Source of the DNA: Candidatus Krumholzibacteriia bacterium
GTDB lineage: Bacteria; Krumholzibacteriota; Krumholzibacteriia; Krumholzibacteriales; Krumholzibacteriaceae
Length of the DNA stretch: 64,000 nt
Assembly (NCBI GenBank): GCA_963836185.1
Contig: CAWIIQ010000001.1
Location: 1,696,001 to 1,760,000, forward strand
Reading direction: 5' to 3'
The notes beneath the pieces were generated by a model. That model worked only from the letters and a program-made list of their open reading frames with translations. It was not told the origin of the DNA and made no database searches. The translations under genes and the position numbers were made by a program. Positions 37,599 to 47,153 of this stretch are shown in pieces; within the stretch, counting starts at the first letter, position 1; every line of letters begins with the position of its first letter.

Positions 37599-39527
37599 CT
37601 AGTCTTTTTTCTCTATCTCGTCAACCAGTTCCTCGACGAATTCGTCGACCATCTTCGCTCCGAGGCGTCCCTTCTTCTTCGACCTGATATCGAGGGTTCC
37701 CTCGTCCATCTCTTTCTTGCCGGCTACAGCCATATAAGAGACCTTCTTGATCTCGGCATCCCTTATACAGTAACCGAGCTTCTCGTCACGCAGATCGGCT
37801 TCGGCCCTGATCCCCGCTGCCTTCAGCTTATTCAGGCATTCGACGGCATAGTCGTTCTGATCTGGCGATACAGGGATGATGACGACCTGGACCGGAGCGA
37901 GCCAGAGAGGAAACGCCCCGGCGTAATGCTCTGTCAGGGTGCCGATGAACCTCTCGATAGAGCCCAGAAGGGCCCTGTGTATCATGTATACGTATTCTTT
38001 CTTCCCATCGCTGGTCACGTACCGGACGTCGAACCGGCGAGGAAGGTTAAAATCAAACTGGATCGTAGTCGCCTGCCAGCCCCTGCCGATCGCATCGATG
38101 AGCTTCAAGTCGATCTTCGGGCCGTAGAAAACGGCCTCGCCGGGCATCTTCTCGAAGGGGATGTCCCTCTTCTCTATGGCCTTCAGCAGAGCTTCCTCGG
38201 CCATCTGCCATTCATTCTCCGATCCGGCGTACTTCTCCATGTTCTCAGGGTCGTGCGCGCTGAGCTCTACCTTGTAGTCATGGAATCCGAATGTGGTCAG
38301 TATCTCGTGAGCGAGATCGAAGCACTTGTCGACTTCTTCGTCGAGCTGTTCGGGAGTGCAGAATATATGCGCGTCGTCCTGGGTGAACCCACGCACCCTG
38401 AGCAGTCCGTGCAGGGTGCCGGAACGCTCGTTGCGATATACGGTCCCAAGCTCGGCGTACCTGACAGGCAGGTCGCGGTAGCTGTGGATCTTGGTCTTGT
38501 ATACCAGGACATGATAAGGACAGTTCATCGGCTTGAGGACGAACTCGTTGTCCTCGTCGTCGCCTATGATATACATGTTCTCCCTGTAGAAGCTCAGATG
38601 GCCCGAGGTCTCCCAGAGTTTACTGTCAGCGATATGCGGGGTCATTATTACATCGTAGCCGTTGCGCCGGTGCAGGTCCTTCCAGTAGTTCTCGATAGTC
38701 TCGCGAAGAATATACCCCTTCGGATACCAGAATACGAGACCTCCTCCCGCTTCCTCCTTGATGTCGAAAAGCTCAAGCGCCGGACCGAGCTTTCTGTGGT
38801 CGCGTTTTTTGGCCTCTTCCCTTCGCTCGAGCTCTTCTTTAAGGTCCTCGGCGCTGAAAAACGAGGTTCCATAGATTCGCTGCAGCATCTCTCTCTTCTC
38901 ATCGCCGCGCCAGTATGCCCCGGCAAGAGAGGTCAGCTTGTGATACTTCAGAAACTTTACGTCCGGAACATGGGGCCCGGTACAGAGATCGGTAAATTCT
39001 CCGAGACTGTAGACCGAAAGTTCTTCCTCGGTATCCAGATCCCGGATCAGCTCCACCTTGAATGGCTGCTCCAGCTTCTCGAAGAGCGCGATCGCCTCAT
39101 CGCGGGGAAAGAGCTTCCTCTCGAATTTCAACCCGCCCTTCCTGAGAAGTTCGCCCATCTTTTCCTCTATCTTCTCGAGGTCTTCAGGCGCCAGCCTCCG
39201 GTCCATCAGTATGTCGTAATAGAATCCGTCCTTGATCGAAGGCCCGATAGCGAATTTGACGCCCGGGTATAGTTCCTGTATCGCCAGCGCCATCAGATGA
39301 GAGGAACTGTGCCTGAGCTCGTCAAGCGAGCCTTCCGAACCGGCCAGGACGACCTCGAAGTCGCCGCCCTCCTCGATTGTCTGCTGTAGGTCATAGGTCC
39401 TTGCGCCGATACGCGCGGCGATGGCCTTTTTCCTCACCGACTGAGGCAGCCCCGAAACGATCTCCATGATCGGGGAACCTTCGGCGATTTCCTTCTTCGA
39501 TCCATCCGGATAAGTGATCTCTAACAT
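37599..39527 (-). CDS. thrS: Threonine--tRNA ligase
   Basis: LRHSSSHLMA, DLCTGPH, GAYWRGD, RDHRKLG, LKPMNCP, RVRGFTQDDAH, FYGPKID. Confidence 0.97.
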   Translation of the reverse strand: MLEITYPDGSKKEIAEGSPIMEIVSGLPQSVRKKAIAARIGARTYDLQQTIEEGGDFEVVLAGSEGSLDELRHSSSHLMALAIQELYPGVKFAIGPSIKDGFYYDILMDRRLAPEDLEKIEEKMGELLRKGGLKFERKLFPRDEAIALFEKLEQPFKVELIRDLDTEEELSVYSLGEFTDLCTGPHVPDVKFLKYHKLTSLAGAYWRGDEKREMLQRIYGTSFFSAEDLKEELERREEAKKRDHRKLGPALELFDIKEEAGGGLVFWYPKGYILRETIENYWKDLHRRNGYDVIMTPHIADSKLWETSGHLSFYRENMYIIGDDEDNEFVLKPMNCPYHVLVYKTKIHSYRDLPVRYAELGTVYRNERSGTLHGLLRVRGFTQDDAHIFCTPEQLDEEVDKCFDLAHEILTTFGFHDYKVELSAHDPENMEKYAGSENEWQMAEEALLKAIEKRDIPFEKMPGEAVFYGPKIDLKLIDAIGRGWQATTIQFDFNLPRRFDVRYVTSDGKKEYVYMIHRALLGSIERFIGTLTEHYAGAFPLWLAPVQVVIIPVSPDQNDYAVECLNKLKAAGIRAEADLRDEKLGYCIRDAEIKKVSYMAVAGKKEMDEGTLDIRSKKKGRLGAKMVDEFVEELVDEIEKKD

Positions 39528-39640
39528 GTTCAGATTATCCACCCTGAGGAAGTACCGTAAGTACAGAAAGCACCGGAGCGGCGGATACTCCCCGCCCACA
39601 CCCGGGCATTTCCATTATTTGCGCGAGGGCTGCAGTAAAG

Positions 39641-39717
39641 TGGTGGGCGATACTGGAATTGAACCAGTGACCCCTTGCATGTCAAGCAAGTACTCTAACC
39701 ATCTGAGCTAATCGCCC
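39641..39717 (-). tRNA. tRNA-Val(GAC), CCA encoded
   Basis: Anticodon arm CTTGC-TTGACAT-GCAAG; GGTTCAATTCC T-arm; ends ACCA. Confidence 0.96.
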
Positions 39718-39738
39718 ACCCTGCAATCTTCAGGCAGT

Positions 39739-39767
39739 ATTATAGTAACCGGAATCCGGTATTGCAA
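39739..39767 (-). promoter_or_regulatory. Sigma-70 promoter of tRNA-Val/thrS
   Basis: TTGCAA-17 nt-TATAAT. Confidence 0.75.
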
Positions 39768-39783
39768 CCGCATTTTCAACCAG

Positions 39784-41715
<1,932 letters not shown>

Positions 41716-41763
41716 TCACTCCTTTAAAGGTATTTCATTTATTACTAACCACTTACAATACAC

Positions 41764-41779
41764 ATCAATATCCGTGCCA
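41764..41779 (-). promoter_or_regulatory. Sigma-54 promoter of dnaK
   Basis: TGGCAC-GGATA-TTGAT (perfect -24 box; GA instead of GC at -12). Confidence 0.6.
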
Positions 41780-41879
41780 TTACCGGCCTGATTTGCGGTA
41801 CTATAACATGCTGTAAATAAATGAAATACAAGGGTAGTTCAAACGAGGTCCGAACAGGCCCGCAAATGATGCCATACAG

Positions 41880-41918
41880 ACCTGACATGAGCTGCCATGT
41901 TGTCAGCTCATGTCAGGT
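41880..41918. repeat. Perfect 15-bp inverted repeat with 9-nt spacer
   Basis: ACCTGACATGAGCTG-CCATGTTGT-CAGCTCATGTCAGGT. Confidence 0.9.
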
Positions 41919-42219
41919 TATCGTCGGAATCGTCTTTAAAACTGCATGTTATGCTTCCGCTCTCCATCCTCAGAAGGAACTCGTAGCATATCTCGTAATT
42001 ACGCTTAGCAAGATCGCCGTAGTCATAATATACGCATTTCCCGCGTTTTGCGCAGCGGTTCCTCTCCATGCACATCGACAGGTGCTGGGCCAGCCAGGAT
42101 GTTAGATATTCTTCTTCGCCGACCTCCCACCTTTTCCGGCCACTCTCGAGATCCTGGTCGTGATGGTAGGGCAGAAGCTGTTTCCTTAGCTCCTTTATCA
42201 GTTTTTCAAGTTCTATCAT
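41908..42219 (-). CDS. Hypothetical Cys-rich small protein
   Basis: 103 aa; SD AGGAG; fills the gap between cca and dnaK; 5 Cys. Confidence 0.6.
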   Translation of the reverse strand: MIELEKLIKELRKQLLPYHHDQDLESGRKRWEVGEEEYLTSWLAQHLSMCMERNRCAKRGKCVYYDYGDLAKRNYEICYEFLLRMESGSITCSFKDDSDDNLT

Positions 42220-42397
42220 TTCTGCTTTTCTCCTGTTGACAGTATAGGTGTTTCTCCCTATATTTCATCCAGATGGGCAGGGTTCCCGTGATTTACCCTT
42301 TGCCCCTACGGTCTTACCCGGCCAAACCCCTTCGGGCAGATCACCCGCCCGGAACCAGGTCGGGCAATACCCCTGACACCAGGTTGCGGGAGCCCGC

Positions 42398-43768
42398 CTA
42401 TTTTTTCGTCCATCTCTCCCTTATCATTTCTTCCAGCTTATCCCTGCTGTTTTGCTCAGGATGATCGAGCACGGCCTCGAGCAGCTCGTCGAGGATCTCT
42501 CCGACCCGCGGTCCCGGCTCTATCCCGGCGATCTCCATTACTTCGGCTCCGGCGATCGCCAGGTCGCTCCTCTTGAACGCCGACTCCTCGCCAATGACCT
42601 TTTCTATCCGGCTCCTCGAGTACTCCACCTCCTCACCGATCCTCCCGTCGCCTCTCGAAGCCCCGTCCGCTTTCCTTATCTCGAATAGATCGTCGATGTT
42701 TTCCAGTCCTACCCTGGCGACAAACCTTCGCACGGCTGAATCGGACCATTCCTCGGTTATCATGAACATATGATGCGATACGAGATGTTTCGCGCTGTTT
42801 ACAAACGAGACCGGGAACATCAGCCTGGTAAGTATTTCCTCGGCCAGCCTGGCGCTCTCCTCTTCATGCCTGTGGAACACGATCCGTCCGTTGAGCTCCG
42901 TCTTCATCTTCAGTTTGCCGAGGTCGTGCAGCAGCGCGCTCCACCGTATCAGGAGCTCCTGTTCGGCGATATCACAACTCTTTACGCTATGATGGAACAC
43001 ATCGTCGGGATGGAATTCATTCTGATCTACGCCCCATGTGTCATCGAGTTCCGGTATGACCAGGGGAAGTATCCCTGTCTCATGCATGAATATGAATCCT
43101 TCGCTGGGCCTTTCCGCGAGAAGCATCATCTTGTTGAGTTCGTCCCTGATACGCTCCATCGATACTGACTTGAGGAGATCCCTGTCCCTTTCCATCAGGG
43201 TCCTTGTCCCCGATTCGACCTCGAGACCGAACCTGGACATAAACTGGACACCCCTCATTATCCGCAGCGGATCCTCGACAAACGAGGTGTCCCTGTTGAC
43301 CCTCAGCACCCTTTTCTCGAGATCGTCCGCCCCGCCAAGCGGGTCGACAAGCTCGAAATTCCTCAGTGACAGGGCCATGGAGTTTACTGTAAAGTCCCTT
43401 CGCTCAAGATCAGAGGCCACAGGCATATCGGGATCGGATATTACCTCGAAATCCCTGTGACCGGGCCCCGTGGAGACCTCGGATCTTGGAAGCGCGATAT
43501 CGACGGTGATCCCCTCAGGGGTCTTGAACTTGATCACTCCGAAGGATCTTCCAACCAGATCGGCCCTTCCGAGCGCCTCCAGCATCGAAAGCAGGTCGTC
43601 CTCACCGATCCCCGACACTATATAGTCGAAATCGAGCGTGAGGTGCGCCCTGCCGAGAAGATGGTCACGTACTACGCCACCGACGAGAAAGAGGTCGCAC
43701 TTCCCCAACACCTCTTTCTCCCATGGGAAGAGATCCCTTTCGAGAGATATTACACGTTTACCACTCAT
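42398..43768 (-). CDS. cca: CCA tRNA nucleotidyltransferase with HD domain
   Basis: GGVVRD, DFD, flexible loop RSEVSTGPGHRDF, DLERRDFTVN, EDPLR, ERIRDEL, LLHDLGK; start at ATG 43768. Confidence 0.9.
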   Translation of the reverse strand: MSGKRVISLERDLFPWEKEVLGKCDLFLVGGVVRDHLLGRAHLTLDFDYIVSGIGEDDLLSMLEALGRADLVGRSFGVIKFKTPEGITVDIALPRSEVSTGPGHRDFEVISDPDMPVASDLERRDFTVNSMALSLRNFELVDPLGGADDLEKRVLRVNRDTSFVEDPLRIMRGVQFMSRFGLEVESGTRTLMERDRDLLKSVSMERIRDELNKMMLLAERPSEGFIFMHETGILPLVIPELDDTWGVDQNEFHPDDVFHHSVKSCDIAEQELLIRWSALLHDLGKLKMKTELNGRIVFHRHEEESARLAEEILTRLMFPVSFVNSAKHLVSHHMFMITEEWSDSAVRRFVARVGLENIDDLFEIRKADGASRGDGRIGEEVEYSRSRIEKVIGEESAFKRSDLAIAGAEVMEIAGIEPGPRVGEILDELLEAVLDHPEQNSRDKLEEMIRERWTKK

Positions 43769-43803
43769 GATCCCCTGCCGGCCGGCGGACGGTCGTGGAA
43801 AAA

Positions 43804-43888
43804 TGCCGGGGGCGGGACTTGAACCCGCACGAAGCCATGCTCCAGCGGATTTTAAGTCCGCTGCGTCTACCAGTTCCGCCACCCCGGC
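43804..43888 (-). tRNA. tRNA-Leu(TAA), CCA not encoded
   Basis: GCGGA-CTTAAAA-TCCGC anticodon arm; long variable arm; GGTTCAAGTCC T-arm. Confidence 0.96.
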
Positions 43889-44102
43889 AATCCCCTTGTC
43901 AACGATAAGATAGCACAATCGCCGAGTGCCTGGAAAAGGAATTGTAAGAGATGGAATAGTTCTTGAATAAATCATGTATCGACACAGGAAGGTCAGCAGA
44001 AAGGGCAGAAATTGCCAGGAATTCTACCGATATCGTAAAGAATGGCGCCGCGGGGCGCGGAAGTAATGATGCCGAAAGGCAGCCGATAAGCGGGGGAAAG
44101 AT

Positions 44103-44531
44103 ATGTCAAACGCGATCAGGAACCAGGTAGTCGTTCGATTTCGTGACGGAACTATTCAGAAGGGTTATACGCACGATTTCACCCCTCTGAGGGATTCCTT
44201 TCACCTTACGCTCGAGGATGGCAGCGGAGAGATACTGAACATAGATATCTCCAGTCTCAAGGCTATCTTCTTCGTCAAGACATTCGACGGTGACCGCAAC
44301 TATGTCGAAAAGAAATTCTTCGAGCAGGTCGATCAGTCAAGGTTCCGTGGACTGAAAGTAAGAGTCGTTTTCGAGGACGGCGAGATAATCAGGGGGATCA
44401 GCCTCGGGTACAATGAGAAGAAGAAGGGGTTCTTCCTCATCCCGGTCGATCCCGACTGCAACAACGACAGGATCTATATAGTCAGCGAAGCATGCAAAGA
44501 CATAAAAGTTGGAGAGATTGCCCAGGTTTGA
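44103..44531 (+). CDS. DUF6982-like hypothetical protein with internal duplication
   Basis: VVVRFRDGTIQKG / VRVVFEDGEIIRG halves; LKAIFFVKTFDG. Confidence 0.7.
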   Translation: MSNAIRNQVVVRFRDGTIQKGYTHDFTPLRDSFHLTLEDGSGEILNIDISSLKAIFFVKTFDGDRNYVEKKFFEQVDQSRFRGLKVRVVFEDGEIIRGISLGYNEKKKGFFLIPVDPDCNNDRIYIVSEACKDIKVGEIAQV

Positions 44532-44557
44532 TGTAGGCCGGAAGACCAGCGGCGGAC

Positions 44558-44588
44558 AAGGGGAGCCACCATTGAGGGGGCTCCCCTT
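44558..44588. terminator. Bidirectional terminator hairpin between convergent genes
   Basis: AAGGGGAGCC...GGCTCCCCTT. Confidence 0.7.
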
Positions 44589-44601
44589 TCCGTGTCCAGG
44601 A

Positions 44602-45534
44602 TCACTGGATCTCTGATCTGGCGTAAAACACGACCTCGTTACCCAGCGCCTCGAGAAGATCCATCTTCCACTCGACCGACCCGTCATCGTTGATACGGCC
44701 GTTGGTCTCGACTACCTTCCCTGGCATCATTAGACGTATCTTCACATCTGTCAGAGCCGCGAACGCGACTCCCGGCAGGTTCTTCTCGAGGAATCCTTCA
44801 AGAATCGATTCCTCATCCCCGACAAATATCCGCGCGACCTCGTAGATGTGTTCGACGGCGATTTTCTTTCCAGCTTCCTTTACAACAGCCTCCGCCGCTG
44901 TGCCGACCGAGTGAGCGATCAACGGAATATTGTCATCTCCGTCGTTCCATATATCGAGGAAACGGACCCCCATAAGGAGGTGCCCTGCCATCACGCCGCG
45001 CAGTTCCGCGATCGCTTCATCGTCGAGGTGTGGAAAATCCTTCTTCATCCTCGCGGCGTAGGCTCCGGCCTGGAAATCGACGACGGTCTCGATGAGGCCG
45101 TTCCAGCGGAATCCTTCCCTGTAAGTATAACTGCTTCCTCCCGGCGTACGGCCCGTCTCCAGGCTGACCGTATTGCTGAAAAAGACACTTGTGTAATCGT
45201 TCTCCTCGAGCGTTCCCTTGACCGAGATCGAGCCGTCCAGTTTCGACCACTCATTGACACCATTTACGCTGCTTTCGGACCTGAACGATTTCTTTCCGTC
45301 CGTAAGTGTCTGCATCTCCCACTTCCCGTGAGGTGCAATACCGAACAGCAGCGCAATTCCCTCCTCGTCAAACTCAAGCATCTCATCTTTCATCGGATCC
45401 AGGGTGAAGAGCATCTTCCTCGTACCGCCGCCGTCCTTCTCTACAGTCGTCTCCACCCTGTATTCGTTGCATCCGGCCAGGGCCAGGACCAGCAGCCCCG
45501 CAACTGCGATATATCTCAGTTTCCTTTTTCTCAT
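44602..45534 (-). CDS. Lipoprotein, LppM-like
   Basis: Lipobox LAGC; TTVEKDGGG near the N-terminus; MPGKVVETNG...VEW near the C-terminus. Confidence 0.7.
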   Translation of the reverse strand: MRKRKLRYIAVAGLLVLALAGCNEYRVETTVEKDGGGTRKMLFTLDPMKDEMLEFDEEGIALLFGIAPHGKWEMQTLTDGKKSFRSESSVNGVNEWSKLDGSISVKGTLEENDYTSVFFSNTVSLETGRTPGGSSYTYREGFRWNGLIETVVDFQAGAYAARMKKDFPHLDDEAIAELRGVMAGHLLMGVRFLDIWNDGDDNIPLIAHSVGTAAEAVVKEAGKKIAVEHIYEVARIFVGDEESILEGFLEKNLPGVAFAALTDVKIRLMMPGKVVETNGRINDDGSVEWKMDLLEALGNEVVFYARSEIQ

Positions 45535-45558
45535 GACAATGCCTCCATCTGTTTCTTC

Positions 45559-46287
45559 TCAGTATGTCCCTTGCCATCCATCGGGGATCCTCGTGTCCGG
45601 ATCGATATCGAGCTTTATTATCACGAGCAGAAGTTCTCCCGATGTCAGGCCTCCCTCCCACGGCTTTTCATTCATATAGCCGGCAAGCCTTCTCAGTCTG
45701 CGATTCTCCGCAATAAGACGGGTAGCCTCTTCCTCGCTGAGTACCGGAGTGTCGGCGGGGAGCCTCTCGAGAAAACGCGCTGCCTCGCCTATGGTCCATC
45801 CATCTGAAACAGACTGGTGACCGCCGGTCAGGCGTCCGAACACCGTTCGCCCTCCCTGAGCCGCTCTTCCCGCCAGAACTGTCTCCATCACTGCCACCTC
45901 TTCACGAAGCTCACCTGCTTCCCGGTGAAGGCTCCTGACCTCCCCTAGCAGGAAGCCGGTGAGAAATACGAATAGGGCGATAGCAGCCACCATCGCCGGC
46001 ATCATGTAACGAGCGGCCCATGAGCGCCGGGGCCTGCCCGCTTCCCGGGCTGCAGCGACATCAGATATCACCGCATCTACCAGCGCTTTCTCGATCTCAT
46101 CGGGCACCTGCCCGTCTCGATCGGCAGGGTCGTATACCAGTGACTGTTTGATCTCAAAGATAGCCCTGCATCCCGAACATGTGGAGAGATGCTCCTCCAT
46201 CATCCTGGTATCTTCATCGGCCATCCTGCCGAGAGCGAATTCTGTAAGCGCCGCATTGAATTCCTCGCATTTCATCTTCTCACTCAT
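45559..46287 (-). CDS. Zinc-finger (zf-HC2) transmembrane anti-sigma factor
   Basis: C...HLSTCSGC ZAS motif; one TM helix; ATGA overlap with the sigma gene. Confidence 0.85.
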   Translation of the reverse strand: MSEKMKCEEFNAALTEFALGRMADEDTRMMEEHLSTCSGCRAIFEIKQSLVYDPADRDGQVPDEIEKALVDAVISDVAAAREAGRPRRSWAARYMMPAMVAAIALFVFLTGFLLGEVRSLHREAGELREEVAVMETVLAGRAAQGGRTVFGRLTGGHQSVSDGWTIGEAARFLERLPADTPVLSEEEATRLIAENRRLRRLAGYMNEKPWEGGLTSGELLLVIIKLDIDPDTRIPDGWQGTY

Positions 46288-46847
46288 GTCGTCTCCTCCG
46301 ATCCCCGCAGGAATCCGGCGATCCTCTTTCTGGCATGGTAAAGGTTCGTCCTTATAGAAACAGGTTTAATACCTATTATTCCGGCCGCCTCGTCTATCGT
46401 CATCTGTTCGAGGTCTATCATGGCGAAGACGGTTCGCTGCCTGTCCGGCAGATGCGATGCCGCATCGAGGATCATCTTCCTTGCCTCAGAGAACTCAGCG
46501 TGATGGTCCGGACCCGCTCCCGGTGATATATGAATGTCCTGGTCCAGTATCATTTCCTTTCGCCTTTTTCGTTTTCTAAGGAAATCCAGACATACGTTCC
46601 TGTGTACGGCGAAGAGCCAGCGCTCGAAAGGCACTCGCCCGTCGTATACGGATATCTTCTCGTAGACCCGCAGCCAGGTATCCTGGCATACATCTTTGGC
46701 GCTGTCCCAGTCGAATGTGTACCTGTATGCCATAGACAGAAGAGTCTTCGCGTATCTGTCTACCAGGTCCTTGAAGTCCTGCCCGGTTCGTTCCGGCATC
46801 TCTGCCTCAATTCCATATTCCTGCATGACGTGCCGATCACCTTTCAT
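46284..46847 (-). CDS. ECF RNA polymerase sigma factor
   Basis: AKDVCQDTW, FERWLFAVHRNVCLD, LPDRQR, SIRTNLYHARK; start may instead be ATG 46826. Confidence 0.93.
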   Translation of the reverse strand: MKGDRHVMQEYGIEAEMPERTGQDFKDLVDRYAKTLLSMAYRYTFDWDSAKDVCQDTWLRVYEKISVYDGRVPFERWLFAVHRNVCLDFLRKRKRRKEMILDQDIHISPGAGPDHHAEFSEARKMILDAASHLPDRQRTVFAMIDLEQMTIDEAAGIIGIKPVSIRTNLYHARKRIAGFLRGSEETT

Positions 46848-46865
46848 GACGTATCCTGAATATAC

Positions 46866-46891
46866 TACGCCTGAAAACTTTCAGCGTTCAA
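46866..46891 (-). promoter_or_regulatory. Candidate autoregulatory ECF promoter
   Basis: TTGAAC-16 nt-CGTA (SigW-like geometry). Confidence 0.55.
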
Positions 46892-46941
46892 ATCTTACTG
46901 TAAAGGAGTCTCTGTATTTCCGGAAGAATCCGGGAAATGTG

Positions 46942-47017
46942 TGGAGGCGGCAACCGGATTCGAACCGGTGATAACGATTTTGCAGACCGTCGCCTTAGAC
47001 CACTTGGCTATGCCGCC
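46942..47017 (-). tRNA. tRNA-Cys(GCA), CCA encoded
   Basis: ACGGT-CTGCAAA-ATCGT anticodon arm; ends TCCA. Confidence 0.96.
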
Positions 47018-47027
47018 CCAAAAAAAA

Positions 47028-47103
47028 TGGAGCGGGAAACGGGGTTCGAACCCGCGACCTCAACCTTGGCAAGGTTGCGCTCTACCAGCTGAGCTATTCC
47101 CGC
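47028..47103 (-). tRNA. tRNA-Gly(GCC), CCA encoded
   Basis: CAACC-TTGCCAA-GGTTG anticodon arm; ends TCCA. Confidence 0.97.
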
Positions 47104-47123
47104 TCTTCCCATTCGTAGTAATG

Positions 47124-47153
47124 ATTATAATAAGCCGTTTACGGCGTTGTCAA
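47124..47153 (-). promoter_or_regulatory. Consensus sigma-70 promoter of tRNA-Gly-Cys
   Basis: TTGACA-18 nt-TATAAT, overlapping the glgA 3' end. Confidence 0.75.

Noticed and set aside
30014-39272. Long plus-strand ORFs (30014-31696, 33579-35396, 37926-39272; likewise 4757-5857 and 15959-17194)
   Set aside because: Antisense shadows of well-conserved minus-strand genes, explained by codon bias; no motifs or RBS
39528-39640. Possible T-box or tRNA-mimic operator in the thrS leader (AGGGTGG; GC hairpin 39570-39607)
   Set aside because: Too short for a T-box; no UGGNACC antiterminator, specifier stem or Thr anticodon-like loop; the hairpin fits a weak terminator after tRNA-Val
41880-41918. CIRCE element or IS terminal repeat
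   Set aside because: Sequence unrelated to TTAGCACTC; no transposase or second copy
43769-43975. N-terminal extension of the cca ORF to 43975
   Set aside because: It reads through tRNA-Leu; homology begins at ATG 43768
43990-44102. Possible c-di-GMP or lysine riboswitch (GAAA tetraloop, GCCGA)
   Set aside because: Required consensus elements and length are missing
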